DNA of 64,000 nt from Tubiluchus corallicola (GCA_030141605.1 JAQGDQ010000120.1:372001-436000), one strand, 5' to 3'; positions 38,719-51,925 are shown, numbered from the stretch's first letter. Numbers and translations are program-made. The notes: generated from the letters alone by a model not told the origin.

Positions 38719-39331
38719 GTAAGTTTGACTGCTTGTTTACATGCACTTAAATTTGTTTGTTTGTGTCAAGTGTGCAGTTATTGCAGTAGTTTTGTGTGAG
38801 TAATTGAGTGATAAATATGGTATAGTTGTCAGGTAACTTTACGATAATAGTGCTACTATAACTTCGAGAAAATTATACTGATGCTAGTAATGTTCAAACC
38901 ACATGAATTTAGCTCATTTTTGATTTGGTGTTTGAAAGGAAAAATGACAGTTTGACTGAATTTCAAAATGTTATTAAAAACATCACTTTCATTATGAAAT
39001 TTTTTGATTCTGTAATATGTCCAGTGAGTTAGTAATCAGTGTAAAAAATTCCATTTTTTTACAGTTCATGTGCATTTGCCTAAACAAGATTTTTTTACCA
39101 TAACTTTTTGGAAAACTGGTGCTAGTACTTGCTTTGGTTAAATAATAAATTTAACTTTTAAAGTCATTCTAATACATTAATGTGACTTGTGTCATATTTG
39201 GTATTTCTAATTATAAACATCTGAAGTAAAATACTTCTAAAATACGCTTTGTACAAATCTGAGACACAAAAACATGCTTTAATGTCACATATTTATACAT
39301 CATACAATTACTGAAATCGTATCTCACTGAT

Positions 39332-41054
39332 AGGATTAAGACTTTTTTATATGAAAGGAATGTGCACATCAAGGTCAAATAACTATACTTCTCAGAAATA
39401 CTGTTGTAAGATTGGTCTGGCACAGGGGTCAGTCATCTCCCCGGTGCTATTCAACTTTTATGTGTCAGACATGTTTGACGAAATCTTAGCAATATCAAAT
39501 ACTAATAATTTTAAATATACAGATGATGGAACAATACTTGTAGCTTGCTCTTCCGAAAATGAAACGCCTAGAACTAGTCAGCTGTGCTGTGATACTAAAA
39601 TGCTCGCAAGGAAAAACTGAAATAATTCCATTTGGCTTTCATAATTTAAATGACTGCTTAAAATTTGGAAATGATGACCTTAGTTACGTGCAAAGTAGTA
39701 AAGTTTTAGGAGTTACAATCGACAGTAATTTGTCATTTGAAAATCATGTAAGTAATGTTAGAAGACCAGCTTGGTATAGGTGAATGTCAATTAAGTGTAA
39801 GAGCATGCTGTATAAAGGTTTCAGTCTCAATGTTATCATTGCTCTATTTAAGACTTTAGTTTTGCCAATTATAATGTGTGCTGCTCCTGCCTGGATGGTA
39901 AGAAAGCACTCATTGTTTGACGATCTGTTGTATGACATTATGAAAACTGCTACTGGTTGTCACTTTCACCCCTCAAAAGTCAAATTAGAGTTAATTTGTG
40001 GACTACCCCCACTTGATATTATGTTTAAGGGAATCACAGTAAAATTTATGCTAAAATCTCTAGCAATGTCGGATTCAGATTTAGTCAAAAGTCATATAAT
40101 AGAGATTAGTCGTGATCCCACAATCGGTCATAGACATTTCATTTGAGAATTACTGGCTTCTGCAGGTCAATATTTAAAATTATGTAAAAATTATAACTCA
40201 CGCTCTACTGATTATGGTAATATACCGCTAAATATCCTTGAGTACAAAAAACAGGATATTGAGCATTTTATATTGCACCTATGGAAAAATAGATGCCGTA
40301 CTTGCTACCAATGCCAGGAGTTATCTATTCTTCCTGAAAATGTATTTTTAATTCCACTAGACCTTCCTTTTCATACAGGTAGCAGAACTCTAGAAAAACT
40401 ATCTTGTAGCATTTTACTAGGACAAGACAGGGACCTCTATAACTAAAGTTATTAGTTATTATTAAGGTCTTTAGTTATAGAGGTCCTTGGACAAGGTAAC
40501 TTTAAAGATTTTCTTTTTAAAATTGGATACATACATGAAAATGCCTGTATATGTTAAGAGGAAGCACAAACAGTTGAACATTTGCTTTTTAATTGTACTC
40601 TGGTTGATGAAAATGAAAGGTTAATGCTCGCAGATATCCTACAATCTCAGAACATTAGTAAAATTTTTACCTCTCGTGACAAAAACCTGCCAGATGCTTT
40701 TACTGAGTTAGTCTGTGATCAATGTTGCAAACTTTAGTATAAAATATTAAACTTTGCATAACAGAACAAATTTGTAGACATCTAATTTTTCTGTTTCTAG
40801 TCACTTTTAAATTGTACAGGTCGTTTTGTGGAAACTGGTGCTATTTGATTTTAGTTGTTCTTTTATATTATTTTGAGGTACGAAATCCGTGAATTATTGG
40901 TATATAAAAGCCTTATGAATGTAACAGCTATTTTTATTTACAAAAGTTTTTTTAACCATACCCTGCAAATAGAGGGACACTGTATGTATATTATGTAAAT
41001 ATTTGTACATGTGTATAATTTTAAATTTTAAATAAAGAATAATAATAATAGTAA
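39332..41054 (+). mobile_element. 5'-truncated degenerate LINE (RT plus C-terminal zinc knuckle) in CDC42SE intron
   Basis: RT motifs GLAQGSVISPVLFNFYVSDM, YTDD, KVLGVTIDSNLSFENHV; C-terminal LLGQGNFKDFLFKIG...CIC*EEAQTVEHLLFNC; frameshifts and stops; AATAAA plus (AAT)n tail; 12-bp TSD tatctcactgat (39320-39331) / tatctcaccgat (41055-41066). Confidence 0.92.
40428..40489. mobile_element. 62-bp MITE nested in the LINE (P-element-like ends)
   Basis: 21-bp TIRs CAGGGACCTCTATAACTAAAG / CTTTAGTTATAGAGGTCCTTG (1 mismatch); flanking 7-bp duplication gacaaga/gacaagg. Removing it restores the LINE reading frame. Confidence 0.85.
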
Positions 41055-41258
41055 TATCTCACCGATGTTTTTATTGCCATGCACAAAATTGCTGATAGGA
41101 ATTTTCCAATTGTCTGATGATATTTATACATTGATGGCTTGCATGTACTATAACTCAGTCTACACGTTTATCAGTTTACCTTGTCATTGTAGTAAAACTA
41201 TGTAAGTTTGCTTTTAAAATATCAGTAATGTTTGACATTTTTGTTTGCATACATACAG

Positions 41259-41360
41259 TTAACATCTGTACAGCACCAAATGAGGACAAAGGGTGGTTAT
41301 GAACACGCATGTCCAGTAAATATAGAAATGAAAGTGAAAGACTTGAAATCACCAGGGTAG
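41259..41360 (+). CDS. CDC42SE2: CDC42 small effector coding exon 3
   Basis: tacAG|LTSVQHQMRTKGGYEHACPVNIEMKVKDLKSPG then TAG; family motif Q.QM..KGGY. Stop codon is directly followed by GTAAG. Confidence 0.93.
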   Translation, partial: LTSVQHQMRTKGGYEHACPVNIEMKVKDLKSPG

Positions 41361-41939
41361 GTAAGAAATTTCTGCTAGTTTTTCTTTTTTATGTTTTTGT
41401 TTTCATGGGAAATAAACACACAAGTGTATCTACTGTTGAAACTGCATGACATATCTACATTTTGTTACTAATAATTTAATTTTTAGGCACAATGCTGATC
41501 ACAAATCCTGAAGACATTGTTTTTAATTTAGTTCAGGAGTCCTCATTTTTAGGCCTAAAATTTGAAGACATTTATATCATTTGGCGCTACCTACTCATAT
41601 AAATTTTTATTCTATTGTCTGATGCCAAGTTAAGCTTTCAAGTGAACATTTTACTAATACCAAGTGTTTATCACTGACAGAATGGGAAAGATTCTCATAC
41701 CAAAGTTCTTTCTTGAACTACATTATCTTTCTTTGTTTATTCAGTTCCCGTAGAAGTGTTCAAACCTACGGAGAAGTTAAGGAAATAATCTCGACGTATT
41801 AAACAATGTTGACATATTAAACACAAACACAAATCTTTTCCTTTAAGGTGTCAAACTGATTTGCGATGTGTTGATGCGTAAAAGAAATGCCAATAATGCA
41901 TTTCCACTCGCCTCTCCTGCATGGTAGGTGCTTGTTGGG

Positions 41940-42240
41940 CTAGGACATGTATTTCTTTAACTTATCCAGTACAATTTCTGGACAAAGGGATTCTAACATT
42001 TTGATTCTTTTAATATTTATTAAGGAGCTGGCCTTTAATATTTTAATAATTTTATCATTCTTATTTTTCCACATGTTAGTGTATATATAATTCATTGCTA
42101 CTGTGTTATTTTCCAGATTGTAGTTGCCTGAAAGTGATTTTACTTTGAGTGGTGCTTTACTGTCTATCAACTCAGTGATGCTATCATCAACTTTCATTTT
42201 ATAAACATTGTCTGTGATGTCAATTTTGTCTACAGATCTA
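41940..42240 (-). mobile_element. Possible old LINE (CR1/L2-group) fragment, antisense in the presumed CDC42SE 3' UTR
   Basis: ELIDSKAPLKVK resembles the LDKHAPLK linker motif between LINE endonuclease and RT. Confidence 0.35.
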
Positions 42241-45200
42241 CGTCTACCATGTAAGCTTTCATCGACTTACAAGTCTTTGTAACCAGCATCTTTAAATTGT
42301 TTTTTTTAACATTTTTAATTTGAACATGCAGAGCTTTAATTAAACATTAGTCTAAATTTTCACTTTCTTTGTCTCTCGATTATGTATTTTTAAATAATTT
42401 GTCATTTGAACGCGTAAGAGTTTTAACTGGAAATCAGTTTAGACCTTCAATCTCTGAGTCTCTCTATGGGGGAGGGGTCTGCAAGATCTTTTGTTATGAA
42501 TAAGGATTTGTAAAAATATTAATGAGAACCTTAACAATAACAATGTCTGTTTGTGGCATTTACTGCAGGTGTCGATTGTAATAAATTTAAAATGTTATGA
42601 AAATTAAGTGTCTTGAAAAAGTAAACAAACGATTATGTTTCATTTAATAACTTAACTAATTAACAGATTTTCAAGAGATGTACAACTTTTATATCACCGA
42701 CCCCTAATCATTTTTTAGGACAAAACAGAGTATAATTGATGTACACTTGTAGTATTTTTATAAATTGATGTTTTTAGCATAATTTCATTTTTCAAAGTTC
42801 CCGTGAAATTATGTTTCATATTTTTTAAATTGTTTTCTAAAGTGGCACCATGTCAATTTAATTTATCAAACTTATTACTGGAAATATTTTACGGCTATAT
42901 CTGCATGCGGTTATTAGGTTAAGTTAAGACTACGAGGAAGAATAATTAAATTTTTTGTTTTTACAACATTTCATGTAGTATCAGGGTTTAAACGCATTCC
43001 TTAAATAAGATGGTTCACTATTTTTGCATTGCATATTAATATATCATATATGTCACTTCATTTGTGTTAGATTTTAATGAAAATGATTTAGCATTTATTT
43101 ACTAGCAGCTTGACATTGATATCTAGTGACAAAATAATATTATTTTAATACTTACTTTTATTTACATGCTTGGCTAACATGTAATACAGAGATATGGATA
43201 ACAATATTCTTTTAGATCATGCACAATACTAATGACTACAAAAATGTGTGCTTTGTGTTTTGTTTTAGTGAGACGTTTTCTGTAGTTATGAACCAAAAGT
43301 TTACAATATTATATCTAAGCAAGATGACAAAGTCTATAATAATTCTGAGTGGTTGTTAAAAATTTTTTTGCACACAAATTTCACTTATTTTAAATCATTT
43401 AACTGACCATTCAGATATGTGGCCAAAATATTCTCTGTGATTTGGTACAAAAAGAATGTGTCTTATGCGTTGAACTACTAAAGTTATGCTTGCAGAATTT
43501 TAGGGCACTTTAGAATTCAAAGAGAATTCCATTTAACACTTAGTTTTGTTTTTAATCTTGAACATTGGATTCTTTTATCAACAGCAAATTTGCCGGCTAA
43601 ACAATTATAAATGTGTAAAGCTCAATATACATCTGTATCTTTGAAATATTCGCAATTTTGTCCGTGATGCTGCAATGCTCAGAACGGCAACTACATTTTT
43701 TATTACATCTGGAAAAATTGCATCGAATTTAAGTAATGGTTAATAAAAGGCTATTATTAGCCTATGAATGAGATGTTCCATATACTGGTAATGTCTTTAT
43801 CTGTTGAAGATTTGTTATGTTTCTTCCACTAACTTTTATCGTAAGGTTTGTAATATCAACCTAGAGCACTCCTAGTTTGTTGTTAAATTATTGTCACAGC
43901 ATGTTTAGGTTGAAAGACTGCGCCATCTTGTGTGTAAATATGAAATTTGTAAATTAAATCACTGTACAGATGACTGCGCGTGGGCTTACTGCTTGGCAAA
44001 ATGGCAGCTTGTAGTGTCAGTTTAGTTTCTGGTGATAAAACCATTAAAATCCTTGATGTTTGATTGTTTTCATTTTTTTCAATTTCTATTTTATTTCCAA
44101 TATTATAAATGCATGCCATTGCTCGATAATAGCTATAAAAGTGGTCTTTGTTGCTAAAAAGATTTTGTTATGTTGCTTAACATTTTGTGTTGGCTCACTT
44201 TTTATAAAGCTTGCTTTTGATGTTTCATTTTATTCATTATTATGATCCCCAGACAAACATAGATTATTGTGAGTTTGCTTTTATGCATTTAGATCTTATG
44301 CTTCTCTTATGCTTTTCTACTGTAAATCGACATTTAGCCCAGCACTTGTAGTTGGCTGTTTTGTATTATATTATGTATACCTATAGAAAATAGAAATTGT
44401 AAATAGCGTTATTTTAAGATTAGACAACTGTGAGATTTATCTTGCACCAAATATTTTTTTCAGTTGCTAGGCTATTTCATTCTTAATTTGGGCACAGTTG
44501 TAGTAAATTTCTTTAACGTTTGACATTTTTTTATAAATTTTTAGTTTGGTTTTCAAAATTTCTTAAACTGGTACTAATTACAACCGAGACATATCATTTC
44601 TTAATAATGTATTACATTTCATTATGATGCCATATGGTATAATCCTTTTAGATGTAGCTGTGAAGGTTTTTTGTTAAACTGCGAATCTACACTGCAAATG
44701 TGTTGTTAGACTGATGACGAGTGTAAATTCTATTGAGTTATTCATTTTAAAAAATGAAAAGCTCATTTACATAAAATACCAGTGTGATTTGGCAAAATTA
44801 AATGAATTACATGTATCTCATATTTTTAGTCAAATTCCCATTGCATGTACCACAATAATAAGAGCTGTGGCAAGTCTTGCTTTACTGATCAGTTGCTGAA
44901 ACATATCCATTGCAGGATATCAAAATAATAGGAATCCTTATTGATTTTATAGCATCAGGATGCATATTTACCTATATGATATGCTTTTTGGTTGTTACCA
45001 ATGCTTTTACTATTTTATGACTATTTACACTTGACTAACATGGATTTACTAGTAAGTATAAGAATGAGAACTTTGAGTTACTTTGAACACAATTGCTCTT
45101 TACTAAATCTTTTGCAACTGTATAGATCAGCAATAATCCCACTTGATATTTTTTATTGAAAATAGCCTATAATGTGCATAATTATTTATTCATGATACGT

Positions 45201-46825
45201 TATTAAACTTGTTTATAGTAATAAATAAAAGTGATTATTTTGAAGATTGCAATACCTATTCTTGTAGTTATTTTTTCAACAATATTAAAACGTTGAATTT
45301 TCTTATATGTGTTTGCGCATTAATAATAATATTATTGAAATATTTAAGGCAAATGCTGTTGTTAAAATGAACAAAAAGCTTGTGGAAGTGTTCCACAAAA
45401 AACTAATAAATTAAAATGACTTAAAATTCTAAAAATTAAAGAATAGTGTGAAAGTTATCCAGTGATTGCAATAATTATAAGAGCAGATCTATTAATCACC
45501 AATTACATTGTATAAATTTAATCAGTGCAACATATCAAGTCTACTGTAAACTGCTAAAGATGTAAATGAAAGAGCAACAACTATCCCATGAAATTATTTG
45601 CTTCCGTGGTTTACACCAATGTAATTATGATGGAACGATTCAGTAAGACCAAAATGAAAAAAAACCTCAAAATTAACTCTCGCAACAATTAGCACACGAA
45701 AGTGATCGACAAGATGCTGTAACAAGTTTGTGAGGAATGGTGTGCTGATTCAAATCAACACATTAGAGAAAGAGAGAGAGAGCGTGTTAGTATACCGTTA
45801 GTTCCGGTTAAAATTTACTGACAACAGTCAAAGCGAACTCACCCAAAATGTCATCTTGTTTACACTACGGAGAAAATACGGGACGTGTACTGGATTTTCA
45901 TAATCCCTTTCATGAGTTTAAGATTTTGTCCACTAAGTGTACTTACACATATAACTTATATAGACTGTTTTGCTTTTATGTCATGAAAAACCGGAGTTTG
46001 GAGTTCCCTCATGCTAAAGAAAGCGCTTGGTCGGGGGCAATGAAAGGATACAAGGCAGGTAATATTAACGTTACAAAATTACCTCGGCCGTAGTTTGTGG
46101 TTTCTGACTGTATGACTGTTTGAATTAGGTAAGAAGTACACACCTTGTGTAAATGCAGAATTTAAGCCAAAAAACATTTGATTTCGCCGGATTTTACGTA
46201 GCACTATAAGTAAGGCTTAATTACAATTTATCACAACATAATTAGCTTGCTGTAAACAAAAAGGAGTTAATGGCAGTGGTATAATATATATATATTTATT
46301 CTTTTATGATACAGATTATTTACCGAATGCACCGTGCACGCTTATATCACCACTTACCATTCCAGTTTAGTGTCTAAGCTTTGTGAATAATGATTGAAGA
46401 TGAGAAGAGGGAAAACTGGAATTGATTGGATAAGGTATACTTTATCTTTGAGAAATGTTGCTGTAACAGTTGTGATTATGCGAATCACATGTATACAGCT
46501 TTTTTGGATCAAACTATGATAATAAGTCTATTATATCTGATAAAACCGTCTGTGCCAACTCAGTACTTTGGTCACTGTAACCATGGATTCGATCCTTGAT
46601 GTTTTTTAGTATTTTAGTTGAAAGATGACGCTGCTGTCATTAAGGATTTCGAGCATGCGCATTAAACCACATTAGCTACACGTGCAGAAATTGTGAATCG
46701 TTTCGAAAACTATTTTGGAAAATTGAGATAATTTTAGTTGCTTGATTTAATATTCTTTAATGAGATAAAGAAATACAAATAGCGCTCAAGTTGAGGGGAC
46801 ATCAAAGTTATTTACACCTTGGTAA

Positions 46826-46838
46826 ATGGCCCCACCAG
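46826..46838 (+). CDS. FBL: Fibrillarin candidate coding exon 1
   Basis: ATG GCC CCA CCA G|GTAATT (phase 1) gives MAPP-GFSPRG, like the MKP-GFSPRG / MGKP-GFSPRG starts of known fibrillarins. A rival candidate lies at 46040-46058. Confidence 0.55.
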
Positions 46839-47234
46839 GTAATTCAAGTTGTACCAAGCATTCTTGAAACTAATTTTTTTGTTTGTAGCTTTCCATCTCG
46901 TCTGTACTGTAGTAATCCGCTTATAAAGAGTTCAGTGACCGCCAAAATTTGTTTATTATATACGGGTCTCTCTATAGGTGAGATTAATTCTTTAAGTGTA
47001 GAAATGGAAGGCTATAAGACAGACAGTGTTTTTAAGTAATGTACAACCAGAATACTTTTATGGTAACGAGGTGCTTAATCTGTTAAAAATACTGCTCGTT
47101 ATTTTTCAGTAACACTGTTAAGCAACCACGACTGGATGCTTGTTTATATTGTATTGTCCATCACAAATTTCAATTTATTTCCATGGTCCTGTGATTGTGT
47201 GTGTAGCAGCACTCATTAAGCTGAAACTGGAGTA

Positions 47235-47322
47235 CAGTCAAACCTCATTATAAAGTCCCCAAACTCGCTTAACGCCAACATTTTTGCCGTCTCAGAGTAG
47301 GCGGTATAAAGAGGCTTGGCTG
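47235..47322. mobile_element. 88-bp Tigger/pogo-type MITE
   Basis: TA|CAGTCAAACCTCATTATA ... TATAAAGAGGCTTGGCTG|TA. Confidence 0.75.
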
Positions 47323-47539
47323 TATTGATCATCTAGACAGTTGATCGAGGTTAAGTGAAGCCAAAAAAGTTGCTGTAGTAACTGAGAAATTAAACTGCTT
47401 ATGGATGATCATAAACCAATTGGTCACCTCTGCTCATATTTATATGTATATTATGGACTAACTTCTTAACTACTGTATAAAGTTTATGAAGCTAAATAAA
47501 TTTACCATTACTATTACTAAATACTATTAATTGCAGCGT

Positions 47540-48140
47540 ATAATATCCAATGCCTAGGCTTGTATAGTGATGGTACATGATTGTCGTGGAAAACACAAAC
47601 TAAATCAGCCACATATAAACTTAGTATGATTATTGATCTTTTTGTCAAATTATTTCTTAGATACTTTCATGTTCATAATGCTTACTACTCGCTTGCATAT
47701 CCTTACTTACAATATTGCATCCTGTGCGTCCTGCAAATTCAACAATTCCAGAAACCACTCATTAAAGTCCAACGTAAGATAGCGAAAGACATTTACCTTA
47801 TGCCGTGCTTATGCTACATCATAATAAGTAAAAATGAAACTACTAAAAGTTAGTGAAATCTGTGAATTACAGCTGGCCAAATTTATGTATTGTTACAAAA
47901 TTAAGAACTTGCATGAACTTTTCTGTCACTATTTTGCTGCTATAACTGAAATCCATAACCAGACAACTAAGCCATCTGTGGTTTATATTCTACATACAGA
48001 TTCTGTACTCATAGATTAAGTACTATTAAATGCAAAGCTGTTAAGTTCTGGAATTTGGCGAAAATTAATATCAGCGATTCTAACAGCATTTATATCTTGA
48101 TATCCAAGTTAAAAAAACACTTGCAGTTAACACACTCTGA
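47540..48140 (+). mobile_element. Degenerate LINE 3' fragment (Crack/L2/CR1 group)
   Basis: Frameshifted motifs YYSLAYPYLQYC, LIKVQRKIAK, LLKVSEICELQLAKFMY, FCHYF...H, AVKFWNL, KLKKHL, typical of the post-RT region. Confidence 0.75.
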
Positions 48141-49566
48141 TTAATATTAATTTTTTGCACAGCTAGGCTTTGTTTTCATAAACCTTGTTACTCTACTAGA
48201 CATAAACTCTTTGCTGTAATAGTTTTTCGTGACCTACCTGTCGGACCTGTTAATAATGATTATTTTATAGTATACAAAAAGAGATCAATTAAAACTGAGT
48301 TGAAAGCCAGGGCATTTTCAACAAAGTTGCAAAGATAGTACAACCCGCGAATTTTAAAGGGTCACTTAAAAAGAGCAAATAAAAATTTAATAGGCTTGGT
48401 CTTTGGCCTAAATTTTTACTAACTATTAGTGTCTAGACTGTGTTATTTCTAGGATTAAAGTACATCATCCATGCAATAAATTTTTGCATACAAGTGTCAG
48501 CAAGTTCCTTTTGTAAACCTCTGCTCTCTGACGTGATTTATTCGTTTGTGATAACGTCTGCTGACAATTGAACGTGCTTTGTGTGGATGTTATGCGTGGT
48601 CAGTAAAATAACCCATGTGACTACCTTTTTACCATTGGTGATACAGCGCATGCTGCAAGCACATTTTTTTAGAACTTGCACACACAAAAAGAAATGAATT
48701 TGCATTGTAATAATGTTGCAAAAAATATTATTAAATTACACTTCATTGAACTCTGCACGTTTATTTAAAGTTTTAGAGCAGTAACTAATTTCCTTGCTTA
48801 CTTAATAATAAGTAATGAAAATAAGTTACACATGTTTTTTCGTATGCTCATCGTTTTTCGTAGAGATCTTTTTTCTACTTTGACTGCCAGTACCTGGGAT
48901 TCTTGCACTTGAAATGTAGTGGTTTGTGCGAAATTAAATGTCGTTATAAATGTGTTATTAACAAGAATTGGTTAAACTTCATAAGTAGAAAAACTAACTT
49001 TTTGCCTGAGGTCTTTACTTCAGTTTTGATGTTGACTGCAGGCCACATTACATGTGAAAAATAATAAATAAAAATGTTTTAAAAAAACAGAACAGCTACC
49101 TTTAAATTATAAAGAAAGGGTTATTTTTAGTGTGAATTAATGTGAATTATCAAGTATAATGGATTATAAAGAAGGTTAAATAACTTAAAGTTCTGGAATT
49201 CTGCATAAAAACGAAACGAAAAACTTGAAATTTAGAGTGTGTAGTTACGTTTGTTTTCATTTCTATGTACAAATTTTTAGCTAAAATTTTACATAAAATA
49301 TTATATAAGTATTACATAAATTTACATAAATCACGTAGAACATAGAAGTGGTGGCATCGTCTGTGTATCTCTTTAATGAAAGTTAATTGGAGCGTTAGAA
49401 TTTTTTGCTTTCTTTATGGTACTATCTATTTTCAAATTTAGAACAGTTCACAGTGCCACTACATGGTAGTTTATTGTCAAACTTTTGTAAATACAATTGA
49501 GCAAATTCTCAAGTTATTAAATATTGCCAGTTCTTGCTACCTGCTGATGTGACATTTTATTTTCAG

Positions 49567-49674
49567 GATTTTCACCAAGAGGACGAGGATTTGGAGGCCG
49601 TGGAGGTGGAAGAGGGGGCGGAGGTGGTCGTGGAGGCTTTGGACGCGGAAGGGGTGGTGATCGTGGTGGACGTG
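49567..49674 (+). CDS. FBL: Fibrillarin exon 2 (GAR domain)
   Basis: ttttcAG|(G)FSPRGRGFGGRGGGRGGGGGRGGFGRGRGGDRGGR G|GTGAGA; phase 1-1. Confidence 0.95.
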
Positions 49675-50796
49675 GTGAGATTTTTTTATTTGTGCATATG
49701 ATAAGTGCATCCCGGTTAGTGGTGAAACACTATTACATTTCTTGTTTTTGTTTTTCTTGCTGCTGGTATTTTTTTATTTTATGAGCAGTGTTTTTAAGAA
49801 ATATTACTGGTATACAAAGTATACTAAATATTGGCTGTTCTGACTAATTTAGTTTAAAATATACACCATGACAATAATTTCTGGTAGCCGCTTGTAATAT
49901 AATATAGTTGAAACCTATATATTATTAATATTATTGTGTCATATTTTGTTTGAAAATCTAATCAGTAACTATGATAAATTCGACTAGCACTGCCATTGTT
50001 ATGATTCAATTCATCTGGTGATAACCATGTTAAATGATCATTGGTTGTTACTGAAACATCAAAATCTTTGTGTTAATAAAGCAGCGAAGTCACTAGACAA
50101 ATTGTGCAGCAGTGATTTAATGTAACAGAGTGAATTTGGAGGTGAGCAACAAATTATGAAAACAAAATGTGTGAACGTTATCAAATGAACAAGAAGTAAG
50201 ATGATAAAGTGTCATCAAGATGATAAGCCGTCGTAACTAAAGCATGATCTGCTAATTCTTGTTATAAACGTTTAAATATGAGGAATATCTTTAAATGATT
50301 GTTAAACAAAAACCATGCTATAGTATAAGTACAGTGAGTAGATTATGTTACAACTCCCCTAGCACACACAGAGCTATTTGTCACTCTTCTGTGTGAATTT
50401 CAAACAAGGAGCTTGTAGGTAGCTTTTTGCATTGTATTGTGCAGGGCACCCTTTTTGCATCTTTGTTTGAGTGCTACGAAAGAATTTTGTGTTACCCAAT
50501 AGTGCAACAACAAAGTGTTGTGTGCTTCCCTACTTTTAATATTTCGCCATGATTGTGCTTAATGAGCATGTATTATTTTTTTAGAATAACAAACTTGAAT
50601 GATGTTGAATGTTACATTGTTCTGTCCTGGTGTTTTTTATTCATAAATGCATTTATAATTCCCGGCTAATGTTAATTTATGACATAGGGCTAAATATAAA
50701 ATAATGATGTTTTATATACAGTATTTTATGTTCTGGTGCCCTTGCCAAAATGTGTGTTATCTCTTGATAGATCATATAATGTACTGTATTGAATAG

Positions 50797-50889
50797 GAAG
50801 AGGTCGAGGAGGTGGACGGGGTGGAAGAGGTGGTCGGGGTGGCTTCGGTGCAGGAAAAAAGACAGTTATAGAACCTCATAGACACGAAG
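50797..50889 (+). CDS. FBL: Fibrillarin exon 3
   Basis: aatAG|(G)RGRGGGRGGRGGRGGFGAGKKTVIEPHRHE G|GTAAAA. Confidence 0.95.
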
Positions 50890-50904
50890 GTAAAATGTGA
50901 TTTA

Positions 50905-51279
50905 AGCCTTTTCACAGTTGTGCGCTTGCGCAGTTGCTTTAGGTCAAAGGTTAAGTGTACCACAGCAACGCATCTTATCTACAACCATCACGTGACGTAC
51001 GAAAAGCAAAGACGTCGGCCGCATCAGTTCAGTAACTTTTAGTTATTTTACATGGACTTGCTTAATTATGCATTAGTCTGTACGTAGAGTGATTTATTAA
51101 CAGGATCTTGCTTGGGGACAAGAAAAATGAACTAGGTAAGGTTATAACTAACTGTTAATACTGTTACTATTACAGTCGTTTGGGCTGCGAGGCATTGTCA
51201 TGTACACAAATGCATTGTCATACATTTAACCTTTGGCCTTTTCACGATCATCATCAATCGCTGGAACTGTGAAAAGGCT
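50905..51279. mobile_element. MITE with terminal inverted repeats (PIF/Harbinger-ISL2EU-like)
   Basis: Perfect inverted ends taagccttttcacagtt (50903-50919) / aactgtgaaaaggctta (51265-51281), plus an inner pair ggtcaaaggttaagtgta / tacatttaacctttggcc. Confidence 0.8.
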
Positions 51280-51639
51280 TATTGTCTGAATGCAGTTAGA
51301 ACTATCTTAGTTTTGATAATCAGGCCAATCAACTTGTGTTTCTCATTTGATCAGAGCATTGGTAGTGGACTTCATGTTAGCTTTTTTAATTTGGTGTTCT
51401 AACTGAAACATAAACAATTTTCTATACTGTTGTATTTGTAAACATGATTATTAGCTGAATTGTCATAATGTATTCTTAGCAACTAGAGGTTAAGCAATTC
51501 TGGTCTGCTTAGTGAATGGATGTACATATCCTCAGTATATGACACCTCTGCTGTTTGTGGGTGTTATAAAATCATTGATAATTAGTTAGATTCTGGTCAG
51601 TTACAACTATTAGAACATAATAATTAGGGTGAACTGTAT

Positions 51640-51925
51640 AAAGAAAAGCACTTAATGGCGATTTTTCATATCCTACTCCATTTTGATGTACGGTAAAAAG
51701 TAAACGTTTTAGCACCTGTAATAGTGCCAAAGCATTTCTGATAATTAAATAATTGGTTAAAAACTTAATTAATGGTGGTTGAGCCCAACCAGTGATGAAA
51801 TCACAAGTATTTTTCAACAGCACAAATCTTTCACATAAGTCATTGAAGAAATTGTATGTTCCCTTTCAATATTTTGTAGGGTAGATTGTTTTGAGCTATA
51901 ATTTAGGATTGGGCCTGACTTTCCT
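51640..51925 (-). mobile_element. Internally deleted Kolobok-type copy
   Basis: Reverse-complement match to both ends of the 26487-26988 element; ends ctttcct|TTAA. Confidence 0.75.
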
